A DNA stretch of 64,000 bases, taken from positions 12,953 to 76,952 of the IMG/VR virus record IMGVR_UViG_2767802086_000001. One strand, given 5' to 3'. The notes under the pieces are model-generated. The model was given only the letters and a program-made list of their open reading frames with translations, did not search any database and was not told the DNA's origin. The DNA is from a virus. Taxonomy: Duplodnaviria; Caudoviricetes. Below, one piece after another: positions 1 to 9,288 of the stretch. A program made the translations under genes and the position numbers. Each line of letters opens with the position of its first letter. The stretch's first letter is position 1.

Positions 1-1
1 C

Positions 2-196
2 CGGGCCGTGCGGTCAGTTACCGAGGGCGAGCGGGAAGCCGAATCGGGATCCGAGAGGCTCTCCAATCCTGCACTCGCCTGTCCCACCGGTCAGCACCAT
101 CTCCACCCTCTCTTTAGCTGCAGCGAGGTGGACTCGCAGCAGCGGGCGATCAACAAGCGGATTGCCCCCGCCAGCGAGGAGGGGGATGCGCCGTGA
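2..196 (+). CDS. C-terminal part of hypothetical protein entering from the left
   Basis: Open frame whose TGA overlaps the next GTG (GTGA coupling). Confidence 0.4.
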   Translation, partial: RAVRSVTEGEREAESGSERLSNPALACPTGQHHLHPLFSCSEVDSQQRAINKRIAPASEEGDAP

Positions 197-354
197 ACAC
201 CTTCCAGATCATCCAGCTCGCCATGACCGCCGTCTTTGCCATCAGCGCCACCGTCGTTGGCGTACAGGCCCACCGGGGCGCCCGCATCGCCCAGGATGCG
301 GCAGGGCGAGCCGAAGCCGCCGAGCGCCGTATCCGGGGCGGCATAGATGACTGA
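193..354 (+). CDS. Small single-TM membrane protein (53 aa)
   Basis: Not in ORF track; GTG after GAGGGGG; MNTFQIIQLAMTAVFAISATVVGVQAHRG; overlaps next start. Confidence 0.6.
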   Translation: MNTFQIIQLAMTAVFAISATVVGVQAHRGARIAQDAAGRAEAAERRIRGGIDD

Positions 355-1339
355 CCTCGACGTTTTCGGCTGGCAGGCGGACGAGTCGGGCTGCAGCTAC
401 TACCGCATCCAGCTCCCTCTCGGTGGTCTGGCTGCGCTCGGGCACACGGTGGCGCACTCGCTGCGGATGCCGCCCGAGGTCCGTGACAGCGTGTCCACGG
501 TGATCGTGGGGCAGCGGGTCTGCAAGCCCAACCCGTCCAAGCTGTGGCAGGCCTTGGCCGCCCAGGGGCGCAAGTTGATCTATGAGATCGACGATAACCT
601 GTGGAACGTCGACGCCTCCTCCCCTGCCGCGCACGCGTTCTTCGCCGACCCCGAGATCCGGGCCAACCTGCAACGGAACATCGAGGTGGCGTCGGCGGTC
701 ACCGTGACGACGGAGCCGCTCGCCGGCATCGTCCGCCAGTGGAACCCCAACGTGCACATCGTCCCGAACGCCGTCCCGGACTGGATGCTCAACCACCAGC
801 CACCGCAGCGGAACGACGGCCTGCTCACCATCGGCTGGGGCGGCAGCGCAACCCACAACATGGACTTTGCCGAGGTCGCCGACCCGCTGCGCCAATTCCT
901 CAAGCGCAACGAGGGCACCGAGTTCCACTGCATCGGCAACGACTACGCCCAGTGGATGCGGATCCCTCGCGAACGCGCCCGCTTCACCCCGTGGGTGCCC
1001 GGCGTCGACGACTTCCTGCGGGCCATCGACTACCACGTCGGGATCGCCCCGCTCCGCCCGCACCTCTTCAACCAGTCGAAGTCGGCACTCAAGGCCCTGG
1101 AGTGCGGGGCCCTCGGCATCCCCGTCGTCGCCGCCGCAGTCCGCCCCTACGAGGACTACGTGCAGGACGGCACTACCGGCTACCTCGTCCACCGCGACCA
1201 CGAATGGGGTCAGCACCTGCGGGCCCTCATCAACGACCCCGCCATGCGTGTCGAGATGGGCGCAGCAGCACGAGACCAAGCCGCCGAGCACACCATCAGC
1301 CGCCGGGCTGCCCTCTGGGAGAAAGCGATCCTCGGATGA
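347..1339 (+). CDS. Glycosyltransferase, GT4-like (GT-B fold)
   Basis: GCSYYRI, YEIDDNLW, IGWGGSATH, GIAPL..FNQSKSALKALE..ALGIPVVA. Confidence 0.88.
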   Translation: MTDLDVFGWQADESGCSYYRIQLPLGGLAALGHTVAHSLRMPPEVRDSVSTVIVGQRVCKPNPSKLWQALAAQGRKLIYEIDDNLWNVDASSPAAHAFFADPEIRANLQRNIEVASAVTVTTEPLAGIVRQWNPNVHIVPNAVPDWMLNHQPPQRNDGLLTIGWGGSATHNMDFAEVADPLRQFLKRNEGTEFHCIGNDYAQWMRIPRERARFTPWVPGVDDFLRAIDYHVGIAPLRPHLFNQSKSALKALECGALGIPVVAAAVRPYEDYVQDGTTGYLVHRDHEWGQHLRALINDPAMRVEMGAAARDQAAEHTISRRAALWEKAILG

Positions 1340-2346
1340 CCAAGCACGTTCTTCTCACTGGGGCGGCCGGGTTCGTTGGCTCCCACATGCTGCACCGCAT
1401 CCTCCAGGACACGGACTGGCGGGTGACCTGCCCCGTCACCCTTCGGCACCACGGGAACAGCGACCGTCTCGCCCCGTTCCTCGCCGACAGGCCCGACTGG
1501 GCGGACCGTGTGCGCACCTTCCTGTGCGACCTGTCCTGCCCGATCCCCGCCACCGCAGCCGCGGAGATCGGCCTGGTCGACTACATCCTCAACATCGCCT
1601 CCGAATCGCACGTCGACCGGTCGATCAGCGAGCCGGTGCCGTTCGTCCGGAACAACGTCGAACTGATGCTCAGCCTGCTGGAGTTCGCCCGCAAGGCGCA
1701 GCCCGAGGTGTTCCTCCACATGGGCACCGACGAGGAGTACGGGCCAGCCTACGGGGACTACAAGCACCGCGAGTGGGACACCGTCCTGCCCTCGAACCCG
1801 TACTCGGCAAGCAAGGCCGCCCAGTCTGCGCTCGCCACGGCCTGGTGGCGCACCTACCAGATTCCGCTGATGCTCACGCGGACGATGAACCTCATTTCCC
1901 CTGGCCAGGATGGGGAGAAGTACATCCCGACCGTGATCCGCAAGGTGCTCGCCGAGGAAACAGTCCAGATCCACGCCTCACCCGACGGCATCCCCGGGTC
2001 CCGACACTGGATCGACGCCCGCGAGTTCGCCGGCGCCTGGCTGCACCTCCTTGAGCACGCCGACGTCCAGCGGCACCCCGACCACGACCGGCCCACGATG
2101 TACCACGTCGTCGGTGAGGAACAGTCGAACCTGGAGATAGCGCAGGCCATCGCAGGCATCCTCGGCAAGCCCCTCAAGTACGAGCTCGTCAGCTTCCATT
2201 CGAGCCGGCCAGGCCACGACCTTCGGTACGCCCTCGACGGGGCGAAGCTCTCCGAGCTGGGCTGGACACCACAGCGCTCCCTGAAGGAGACGCTGCAGGA
2301 CATCGTCGACTGGTACGTCGCCCGCCCCTCGTGGCTGGGGGCGTGA
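1336..2346 (+). CDS. rmlB: dTDP-glucose 4,6-dehydratase-like NAD-dependent epimerase/dehydratase
   Basis: GAAGFVG, ASESHVDRSI, TDEEYG, PYSASK (YxxxK), RPGHDLRYALD; true start ATG 1336 by ATGA overlap. Confidence 0.88.
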   Translation: MTKHVLLTGAAGFVGSHMLHRILQDTDWRVTCPVTLRHHGNSDRLAPFLADRPDWADRVRTFLCDLSCPIPATAAAEIGLVDYILNIASESHVDRSISEPVPFVRNNVELMLSLLEFARKAQPEVFLHMGTDEEYGPAYGDYKHREWDTVLPSNPYSASKAAQSALATAWWRTYQIPLMLTRTMNLISPGQDGEKYIPTVIRKVLAEETVQIHASPDGIPGSRHWIDAREFAGAWLHLLEHADVQRHPDHDRPTMYHVVGEEQSNLEIAQAIAGILGKPLKYELVSFHSSRPGHDLRYALDGAKLSELGWTPQRSLKETLQDIVDWYVARPSWLGA

Positions 2347-3002
2347 TGACGCACCTGACGACGCTCGGCCCGGAGCAGGCCGACCAGTTCGCCAGCGCCA
2401 AGCCGTTTCCGCACCTGGTGGTCGACGGCATGTGGCCCGAGGCGCTCCTCGCCAGCATCGACGCCGAGTTTCCGGCCGCTGGTGACCCGCGGTGGATCAC
2501 GTACCCAGACGAGAAAGAGCGCGGGAAGAAGGCCGGCGACAGCCGCATGTGGGGCCCGGCAACCCGCGGGTTCTTTGACGCGGCCCGCGGCCCCGAGGCG
2601 TGCCGAATGCTGGAGCTCCTCACCGGGATCAGCCCGCTCACCGCAGATGACATCGGCGGCGGCATGCACGAGACCGGCGAAGGCGGCCGGCTGGAGATGC
2701 ACCGCGACTTCAACGTGCACCCGACGCTCCCGCTAGAGCGCAGGCTGAACATGCTCGTCTTCCTCAACAAGGACTGGGACCCGGCCTGGGGCGGCACCCT
2801 GTACCTCGGCAAGAACCAGGAAGTCTCGGTCGTCCCCGCATGGAACAGGACGGTCGTCTTCGCCTGCGGTCCCGACTCCTGGCACGGTCATCCCGAGCCG
2901 ATCGTCGGCAACCACCTTCGGCGCTCCCTGGCGATCTACCAGTACGCGCCGCTGCGTGCCGAGACTGCCGACGCGCACACCACCGTGTGGAGGACTCCGT
3001 GA
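2346..3002 (+). CDS. 2OG-Fe(II) oxygenase, prolyl-4-hydroxylase-like
   Basis: PFPHLVVD, HRD (HxD), GGTL, WHG distal His, RRSLA 2OG-binding Arg. Confidence 0.85.
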   Translation: MTHLTTLGPEQADQFASAKPFPHLVVDGMWPEALLASIDAEFPAAGDPRWITYPDEKERGKKAGDSRMWGPATRGFFDAARGPEACRMLELLTGISPLTADDIGGGMHETGEGGRLEMHRDFNVHPTLPLERRLNMLVFLNKDWDPAWGGTLYLGKNQEVSVVPAWNRTVVFACGPDSWHGHPEPIVGNHLRRSLAIYQYAPLRAETADAHTTVWRTP

Positions 3003-3661
3003 TCCCGACGTTCGCTGTGGTCCCGTCCGATGGGCGCCCGGTCCTCGATGAGTGCCTGGCCGCCGTTGCTGACCAGGTCGACGCGATCATCTTGATCGGC
3101 AACAACTGGCAGCGCCCCGTCGGAATCGGAGGGCCCACCACCTACGTGACGTTGGACTGCGGCGCCGACCGCAATATCTCTCGCTGGTGGAACCAGGGCC
3201 TGCGCAAAGCAGCCGCCCTTGCCCGGCGCCGCGGTTACGCCCAGTGGAACGTAGCCGTCCTCAACGACGACGCCGTCATTCCGACCAGCTGGGTTGAGGC
3301 GCTGTCCGCAGCGATGCGCTCGACGACGGCGGTCCTGGCGTATCCGGATCAGTGCGGTGGGCAGCAGCAGATCCTCCACACGAAGGCCGAGCCGGTGGAC
3401 CTGCGGCAGCGAATCACCGGTTATGCATACATGCTCCGCGGCGAGGCCGGACTCCAGCTCGATGAGTCGATGGCTTGGTGGTTTTCGGACGATTCCTTGG
3501 ACTGGGAATCCCGAGAGAACGGCGGGGCCCTCCTAGTGCCAGGCATCCCCGTTCGGCATCTCTACCCCAACGGGTTCACAGACGCCCACCCCGAACTGCA
3601 GGAGCAGGCAGGCCGGGACCGGGAAACGTTCATCGCCAAATGGGGAAGGGCCCCTCACTGA
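2999..3661 (+). CDS. GT2-like (GT-A) glycosyltransferase
   Basis: FAVVPS, ISRWWNQGL, VAVLNDD, WWFSDD, VRH; GTG start overlapping upstream stop. Confidence 0.7.
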   Translation: MIPTFAVVPSDGRPVLDECLAAVADQVDAIILIGNNWQRPVGIGGPTTYVTLDCGADRNISRWWNQGLRKAAALARRRGYAQWNVAVLNDDAVIPTSWVEALSAAMRSTTAVLAYPDQCGGQQQILHTKAEPVDLRQRITGYAYMLRGEAGLQLDESMAWWFSDDSLDWESRENGGALLVPGIPVRHLYPNGFTDAHPELQEQAGRDRETFIAKWGRAPH

Positions 3662-4185
3662 TGCACCCTGAAGCGCACGACGCTGTTGGTCGGATGCTCG
3701 ACCTGTCCGGGATAGACCGCGCCGCCTCGTGGCGGGTCCTCGACCTCGGCGGCCGGGATATCAACGGCACCATCCGCAGCCACCTGCCGAAGGCCACATG
3801 GACCGGGACGGACATCGAGCCGGGGGATGGTGTGGACATAGTTCACGACGCCACCCTGACCTGGCCTGCAGATGCCGGGCAGTTCGACGTGGTCGTCTGC
3901 ACGGAAGTGTTGGAACACCTGCCGCTTTGGCGGCTCGTCCTGCATACGGCGGCCGAGGCCTTGGAGCCCGGCGGCCCCGAGCTCCTCGTCGTCACCTGCG
4001 CGTCCGACGGCAGGCCTGAGCACGGGGTCGCAGGGGCGCCGCTGCCGGCCCCCGGCGAGTGGTACGCCAACGTCCCGCCCGGCCACGTCCGGGAGACCCT
4101 GGAGACCCTGTTCGAGCAGGTCCACGTTGAGTACCAGGCCAACCCCGGGGACGCCTACGCGTGGGCGCAGGGGGTGCGGCGATGA
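3661..4185 (+). CDS. Class I SAM-dependent methyltransferase
   Basis: VLDLGGRDING, GTDIEPGDGVD, FDVVVCTEVLEH. Confidence 0.85.
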   Translation: MHPEAHDAVGRMLDLSGIDRAASWRVLDLGGRDINGTIRSHLPKATWTGTDIEPGDGVDIVHDATLTWPADAGQFDVVVCTEVLEHLPLWRLVLHTAAEALEPGGPELLVVTCASDGRPEHGVAGAPLPAPGEWYANVPPGHVRETLETLFEQVHVEYQANPGDAYAWAQGVRR

Positions 4186-4781
4186 TCCCCGGGATCACGG
4201 TGGTCATCCCCACCCACACCGGCCGCGTCCGGAACGGCATGACGAAGCGCGCCATCGGCAGCGTCCTAGGCCAGACCCTTCCGGCTGCCAGCATCATTGT
4301 CGAGCACGACACCGCCGGTGCAGGGGCAGCCGCCACCCGGAACCGCGGGCTGCAGAAGGCCACCACCGAATGGGTCGCGTTCCTCGATTCCGACGATCAG
4401 CTGAAGCCGGTCCACTTGGAACGGCTGATGGAGTGCGCGATCGAGGGCAGCGCCGATTACGTGTACGCCTGGTACGAGGCGGTTGGGTTCGGTGCGGATC
4501 CCCTGCCGCACTTCGGGCGCACGTTCAACCCGGAGAAGCCCACACAGACCACAATCACCACGCTGGTACGCACCGAACTTGCGCAGAGCGTCGGCTTCCG
4601 CAAGCCACCCGAGGGCGCACTCATCGACGGCGAGCGGTACGGCGAAGACTTCCTTTTCACCGTCGAGTGCGTGAAGGCCGGGGCGCGCATCGTGCACCTG
4701 CCCGAAAGAACGTGGCTGTGGAACTTCCACGGCGCCAACACCTCCGGCCTGCCCACCCAGGGCGACGCCCGCATCCGATAG
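4182..4781 (+). CDS. Glycosyltransferase family 2
   Basis: ITVVIPTH, SVLGQT, GAAATRNRGL, VAFLDSDD, GEDFLF. Confidence 0.88.
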   Translation: MIPGITVVIPTHTGRVRNGMTKRAIGSVLGQTLPAASIIVEHDTAGAGAAATRNRGLQKATTEWVAFLDSDDQLKPVHLERLMECAIEGSADYVYAWYEAVGFGADPLPHFGRTFNPEKPTQTTITTLVRTELAQSVGFRKPPEGALIDGERYGEDFLFTVECVKAGARIVHLPERTWLWNFHGANTSGLPTQGDARIR

Positions 4782-4791
4782 GAGCAGCACC

Positions 4792-4998
4792 ATGGCACGA
4801 CAGATCAGCATGGAAGCCGGACTCGCCGCCTACCGCAAGAAGTGCAACGAGCTTTTCGACGCGAACGTTCTCCTTGAAGCGCAGCTCGAAGAGCTGGAGC
4901 GGGAGAACGAGCAACTGCGCAATGCCGCATGCGCCAACGCGACCGAGGCGACCGTCGCGCCGGGAGACTACGCCCACCCTGACGGGCAGCGGGCGTAG
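4792..4998 (+). CDS. Small coiled-coil phage protein
   Basis: AGGAG RBS; heptad-rich LEAQLEELERENEQLR. Confidence 0.7.
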   Translation: MARQISMEAGLAAYRKKCNELFDANVLLEAQLEELERENEQLRNAACANATEATVAPGDYAHPDGQRA

Positions 4999-5014
4999 AT
5001 TCCCCCAGTAGTAC

Positions 5015-5809
5015 TTACGCGGGTTCGACGAGCATCCACGCGACGGTGGATACGTCGGCCGCGTTGGTCGACTTGATGCTGAACGAGGTACCTGCGGTCC
5101 GTGCCGAGACATACGGGCCACCCGCTGTGCCAGCGTTCGGAGTCTGAATCGTGAGCTGGATCCGGCTGTTCGCGGTAACCGCCGTGGTCGATACGACTAC
5201 GGCTGTCGTCCCGTTGAGCGTTGCGGTCCCCATCTTCGCGTTGGTGCCCTCCTTGATCCTCAGCCCCTTTCCGGCGATGTTGATCGCGAAGTCGTCGTCG
5301 GTGGCGAGGGTGTTGGCGGCGCTGCGGTACAGGGTGGTGTCGGTGGCGCCGGACGCCCCTGGTCCCCAGTTGAGGGTTCCGTCCGTATCGGCCACCCAGC
5401 GGGACTGCGTATCCCCAGTGACGCGCAGGCTGATCGCATCCGCGCCCGCGGTTGAGTTCACCACCGCAACGCTTGCGGTGCTGGTGCTGCCACCGATGTT
5501 GAGCTGCTTGCCTGCCACGAGCTGCAGGTCGGCGTTGAAAGTGCTCCCAGCGGTGGGGATCTGTACCCACGACCCGCTTGCCGGCGCAGACCCGTTGGAG
5601 AAGTACGCCCGGTAGCCGGTGTCGCTTTCCGCGATGCCCTTGCCGGAGTAGGGGGTGGACGGCCGCGTTGCGCTGGTGACGATCTGGAACCCGGCGGCAA
5701 GATCGATTCGATCCGCGTTTTGATTGAGGTCAGTCTGAACGTTGACGAGCTCGCTGCCGTCGTTGAGCGGGCGGCGCAGCTGGAGGCGCGGGGTGGGGGT
5801 TTCAGGCAC
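5015..5809 (-). CDS. Tail fibre / minor tail protein
   Basis: Last gene of tail operon; N-terminal TPRLQLRRP..NADRID, Thr/Gly/Ser-rich beta content. Confidence 0.7.
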   Translation of the reverse strand: MPETPTPRLQLRRPLNDGSELVNVQTDLNQNADRIDLAAGFQIVTSATRPSTPYSGKGIAESDTGYRAYFSNGSAPASGSWVQIPTAGSTFNADLQLVAGKQLNIGGSTSTASVAVVNSTAGADAISLRVTGDTQSRWVADTDGTLNWGPGASGATDTTLYRSAANTLATDDDFAINIAGKGLRIKEGTNAKMGTATLNGTTAVVVSTTAVTANSRIQLTIQTPNAGTAGGPYVSARTAGTSFSIKSTNAADVSTVAWMLVEPA

Positions 5810-6407
5810 GGTCGGCCTCCCTCGGGTCGTGGGCGAGCTCTTGCGGCATGGAGCCGATCGGCTGAATGGCAGCCTCGCCGCGCAGTCGGCTTCGGTTCAT
5901 TCCGACTCGCGCCTCGTAGGCGGCAACGCGTGACCGGTCGACCCCCCGCGCTTTGATCGCCGCGAGCGGGTCGGGCCGGCCCTTGCGAGACGTGGCGCGG
6001 ACCACGTTGCTCTTGGCGTACTCGATGCGCATCAGATGCGCTTCCCTCGCCTGCTCTGTCGTGTCCGCGGTGTACAGCGTGGTGGGCACAGGGTCGCCGG
6101 CCCGGACGGTGCCACGGGATTCGAGCGCGGCGGACATCAGTCCCGCCTTCAGGACCGGATCCTTGTCTGCGGTGATCGTGTCCTCGGGGTGGGGTGCCCA
6201 CGGTTCGTGGAGAACGATGTCGAGGAGTTGGTCAGTGTCGGCGGGGTCGATACCGTATTCGGCGGCCCGCCATTCCAGGGTGTTCTGCGGGAAGATGTGC
6301 CGGTGCCCCGTGCCGTCCGGTTTGATCATGTCGACGTACCAGCAGGGTGTATGAGGATTCGGGTGGTATTCGCCGGACGCCGTGATTTCGTATTCGAGTG
6401 CAGACAT
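5802..6407 (-). CDS. Tail-associated hypothetical protein
   Basis: Start corrected to ATG 6407 (MSALEYE) after GAGG; EWRAAEYGIDP motif; operon position. Confidence 0.7.
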   Translation of the reverse strand: MSALEYEITASGEYHPNPHTPCWYVDMIKPDGTGHRHIFPQNTLEWRAAEYGIDPADTDQLLDIVLHEPWAPHPEDTITADKDPVLKAGLMSAALESRGTVRAGDPVPTTLYTADTTEQAREAHLMRIEYAKSNVVRATSRKGRPDPLAAIKARGVDRSRVAAYEARVGMNRSRLRGEAAIQPIGSMPQELAHDPREADRA

Positions 6408-6414
6408 GGTGACC

Positions 6415-9285
6415 TCAGATCCTGAAGTTCCAGAAGTACAAGCTCCAGCCGCCATCGGCTGCGCCGGAGAGCTGGGTTGTGAAGCCGGTGGTATCCGCTG
6501 CTGTGACGACGAACCCTCTCGTGTTGGCCACGGTCGGGGAGTCGCGGATTGACACGATCGGCAGCAGCTGCGAGCCCATGGTGGGCCCATACGTCAGGCT
6601 GAGGCTGGTGCCGCCGGATGTACCGGTGGTACCCCCGGTGAACAAGCCTTCTGAAGGGTCAGCGAAGGCAAAGTTGTTCCACTGGCCGAGGTGTCGGGTG
6701 AGGCCGGACGTGAAGATCATCCGGTTGGCGTTCGTGCTGCCGTCATTCCACCCGAAGGACGCCTCGGTGCTGGTGGCGTAGAAGCTGCCGCCCTCGGTGG
6801 CAGCCCTGTTGTATCCGAGGTTCACCGAGTTCTTGGTCACCCAGACGTAGCCGCCGTAACGGTCCTGGTTGTCCACACGGCGCACGGCCAATTCGCTGGT
6901 GTTGTTCGTGAGGTACGTCCGGGCGAAGATATCGACGCCTGTGCCGTCGTCGAATGATCCGCCGTTCATGCCGAGGTTCGCTTCGGTACCGGAAGAGGAG
7001 GCGTTGATGTAAGCGAAGTTGGAGCCGCTGTTGGCATAGAAACGAATCTCGGGCAGGAAGGTCGCAGTGGGGTTGATCTCTAGGCGCTTGCCGCTTGTGC
7101 CAGAGATGAGCTGGCCGAGGATCGCCACGTTTCCTGTTGTCGAGTCGATGTTGACCGTCTGGGCTCCGCCCGCGTTGAAGGCTTGAAGGCCGCCCGAGTT
7201 GAGCTCAACACGGGCCCCAGTGTCTGCGGTTTTGATGCGTGCACCGACGATCCAGTCGGCGCCAATCGTTCCGGCGGTGACCTTGGAGACGGTGAGATCA
7301 CTGATGTGGGCGTCGTCGATGAGCAGGGCGGTGGCGGTGGCCGCGTCGGACGGTCCGGACTTGTTTCCGGTCATGTCGACGGCGACGACGCGCACGTAGC
7401 GGGCGGTGAGCTCCTCGACCTGCACCGTAGCTACTACGGGGATCTGTGCCTGGATCATTCCGGCGGTCGCGGACGCCTTGCCCAGGAGCGTTGCTTCGGT
7501 CGGCGTGAACGTCGGCTCGTAGCTGACGTGGATCTCCAGGTGGTGGAGATCGGCCTCCAGGTTGAACGTCCCACCGGAACTCTTGCCGAGCTGGTGCGTG
7601 ATCTGCAGGGCAATGCGGGAGCCGGCCACGACAGGGGCGGCCGGGGCGGACGGCGGGATGTTGTCCTCGGACGCCACGAACGTCGTCGTGCCCGACCAGG
7701 CCCCCGTGTTGCCGGACTTGTCGACGGCCCGAATCTGGACGTCGTAGCCGATACCAGGGGACAGATCCTGTAGCTGCAGGGTGCCGGTGCCCCAGGGGGC
7801 GTAGGCGATCTGCCACTGGCCTGTGGGGGCGGCGAACGGCTGCGCCCACGTCTGGAGGTCCATCCATCGCACCTGGGACAACTGCGCCCACGTGGCCGGG
7901 TAGATCATGTCGGTGTCGACGGCGTACCGGACCTCGAAGTGATCACCGTCCAGGATGGTCGAACCGTCGACGTTGTGCGGCGCGTTCCAGGAGACGATGA
8001 CGCGGGCCCGGGTGAAGCCCCGGCTGTCGAGGTACGCGGACCCGACGAATGGTTCGATGAGCGTGGGGATGCCGGGGATGGATGTGTCCTGGCTGGGCCG
8101 TGACCCGATGGGCTGCGTGCCAGTCGAGGTGAGGGAGCGCCCGAACTCGCCGACGGTGATCCGCACGTCGGTCGGGGACTCGAACTCGGTGTAGTCGGTG
8201 AGGTCGTACCAGGTGCCGTCGCCCGCCCGATACGCAACCGTGCTGCCCGCGGTCACAGGCCACTGGGTCTCGGCGATCCTCAGCCGGATCGGGTTGATGC
8301 GCTGCCCACGGAACGTCACTTCGTTCGCGGTGTCGACAAGACCCTGGTCGGGGTCGTACACCCACACGTAGTCCCCGACGTCAAAGGATCCCTGGATGTC
8401 GTAGTCGCTGGTCGACAGCTCCAGGGCGTCGCGGGTGCTCGTGTACTGGGCGAGCGCCACGGCCGCCCTTGTGTCCGCGTTCGGGATCGTTGTGTCCGAC
8501 TCGCTGACCAGCCGGGTGAGCTTCAGGGCGTTGCCGTGCAGGTCCTTGAACGGGGTCGCCACGGGCAGGTTCGCGGTGCCGGTGGCGATCGATTCGCCTT
8601 CTCCCTCGGCGAGGAGGACGACGCGGGTGGAGTAGTCCTCCATGTCCCGCGATACTCCGGTTGTGCCAGGCAGGGCGCGCAACGACATGTCCTCGCCCGC
8701 ACCAGTCTTCACGATGACGCACGTCGGCGTCGTGACGAAGAGGCTCGTCTCGGGGCCGGCGTCCAGGGTGCCGTCCCCGTTGATCCGCCATCCGACCGGC
8801 ACGGCGGTGGTGGACATGGTGTCGCACACGTAGGTGATCGCCTTGCGGGGCGTCTCGTACTGGTGGCGGCCCGAGTAGGTGCCCGTCACCGGGTAGAGGG
8901 TGCCTTCGGTAATGGCGCCAGAGGCGGGTAGAAGAGCGCGCACCGCGTTCGCGAACGTGGCCGCGTTGATGGTGACGGCGGTTTCGTAGACGTCGCCCTT
9001 GTCGTCCTCGTCGCCGAGCCAGAACGCCATGCCGACGCCGCTGATGCGGGTCGCGTCCTCGACGCGTTTCGTCCTCCGGTCGTCATCGACGGCGCGCCCG
9101 CGGACGACGCCGACGTAGCGAGCGGCGGACAGGAGCCCATCCCCGACCGCGGCAGGGCTGACGCGGCCGGGCACAATCGCGATGTGTCCGAAGTACTGGA
9201 CAGCGTCGAGGGTCTCGCGGGGGATCTCCGGCTTGAGACGGACCTCGAAGGAGCCCAGGGCTTCCAGGATCTCGGTGACGGCCAC
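6415..9285 (-). CDS. Minor tail / baseplate hub protein with fibronectin-III-like domain
   Basis: 956 aa downstream of tape measure; LSPGIGYDVQIRAVDKSGNTGAWS FN3 signature. Confidence 0.8.
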   Translation of the reverse strand: MAVTEILEALGSFEVRLKPEIPRETLDAVQYFGHIAIVPGRVSPAAVGDGLLSAARYVGVVRGRAVDDDRRTKRVEDATRISGVGMAFWLGDEDDKGDVYETAVTINAATFANAVRALLPASGAITEGTLYPVTGTYSGRHQYETPRKAITYVCDTMSTTAVPVGWRINGDGTLDAGPETSLFVTTPTCVIVKTGAGEDMSLRALPGTTGVSRDMEDYSTRVVLLAEGEGESIATGTANLPVATPFKDLHGNALKLTRLVSESDTTIPNADTRAAVALAQYTSTRDALELSTSDYDIQGSFDVGDYVWVYDPDQGLVDTANEVTFRGQRINPIRLRIAETQWPVTAGSTVAYRAGDGTWYDLTDYTEFESPTDVRITVGEFGRSLTSTGTQPIGSRPSQDTSIPGIPTLIEPFVGSAYLDSRGFTRARVIVSWNAPHNVDGSTILDGDHFEVRYAVDTDMIYPATWAQLSQVRWMDLQTWAQPFAAPTGQWQIAYAPWGTGTLQLQDLSPGIGYDVQIRAVDKSGNTGAWSGTTTFVASEDNIPPSAPAAPVVAGSRIALQITHQLGKSSGGTFNLEADLHHLEIHVSYEPTFTPTEATLLGKASATAGMIQAQIPVVATVQVEELTARYVRVVAVDMTGNKSGPSDAATATALLIDDAHISDLTVSKVTAGTIGADWIVGARIKTADTGARVELNSGGLQAFNAGGAQTVNIDSTTGNVAILGQLISGTSGKRLEINPTATFLPEIRFYANSGSNFAYINASSSGTEANLGMNGGSFDDGTGVDIFARTYLTNNTSELAVRRVDNQDRYGGYVWVTKNSVNLGYNRAATEGGSFYATSTEASFGWNDGSTNANRMIFTSGLTRHLGQWNNFAFADPSEGLFTGGTTGTSGGTSLSLTYGPTMGSQLLPIVSIRDSPTVANTRGFVVTAADTTGFTTQLSGAADGGWSLYFWNFRI

Positions 9286-9288
9286 AGG

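Noticed and set aside
193-354. Holin or spanin call for the small TM protein
   Set aside because: No adjacent endolysin or lipoprotein signal visible; insufficient evidence
601-1335. N-terminal extension of the 581-aa ORF suggesting a fusion dehydratase
   Set aside because: Arg/Pro-rich off-frame shadow of the GT4 gene; real start is ATG 1336 with an ATGA overlap
2346-3002. TET/JBP 5mC dioxygenase
   Set aside because: Motifs fit the P4H-like 2OG-Fe(II) group; not adjacent to the C5 MTase; retained only as an alternative hypothesis
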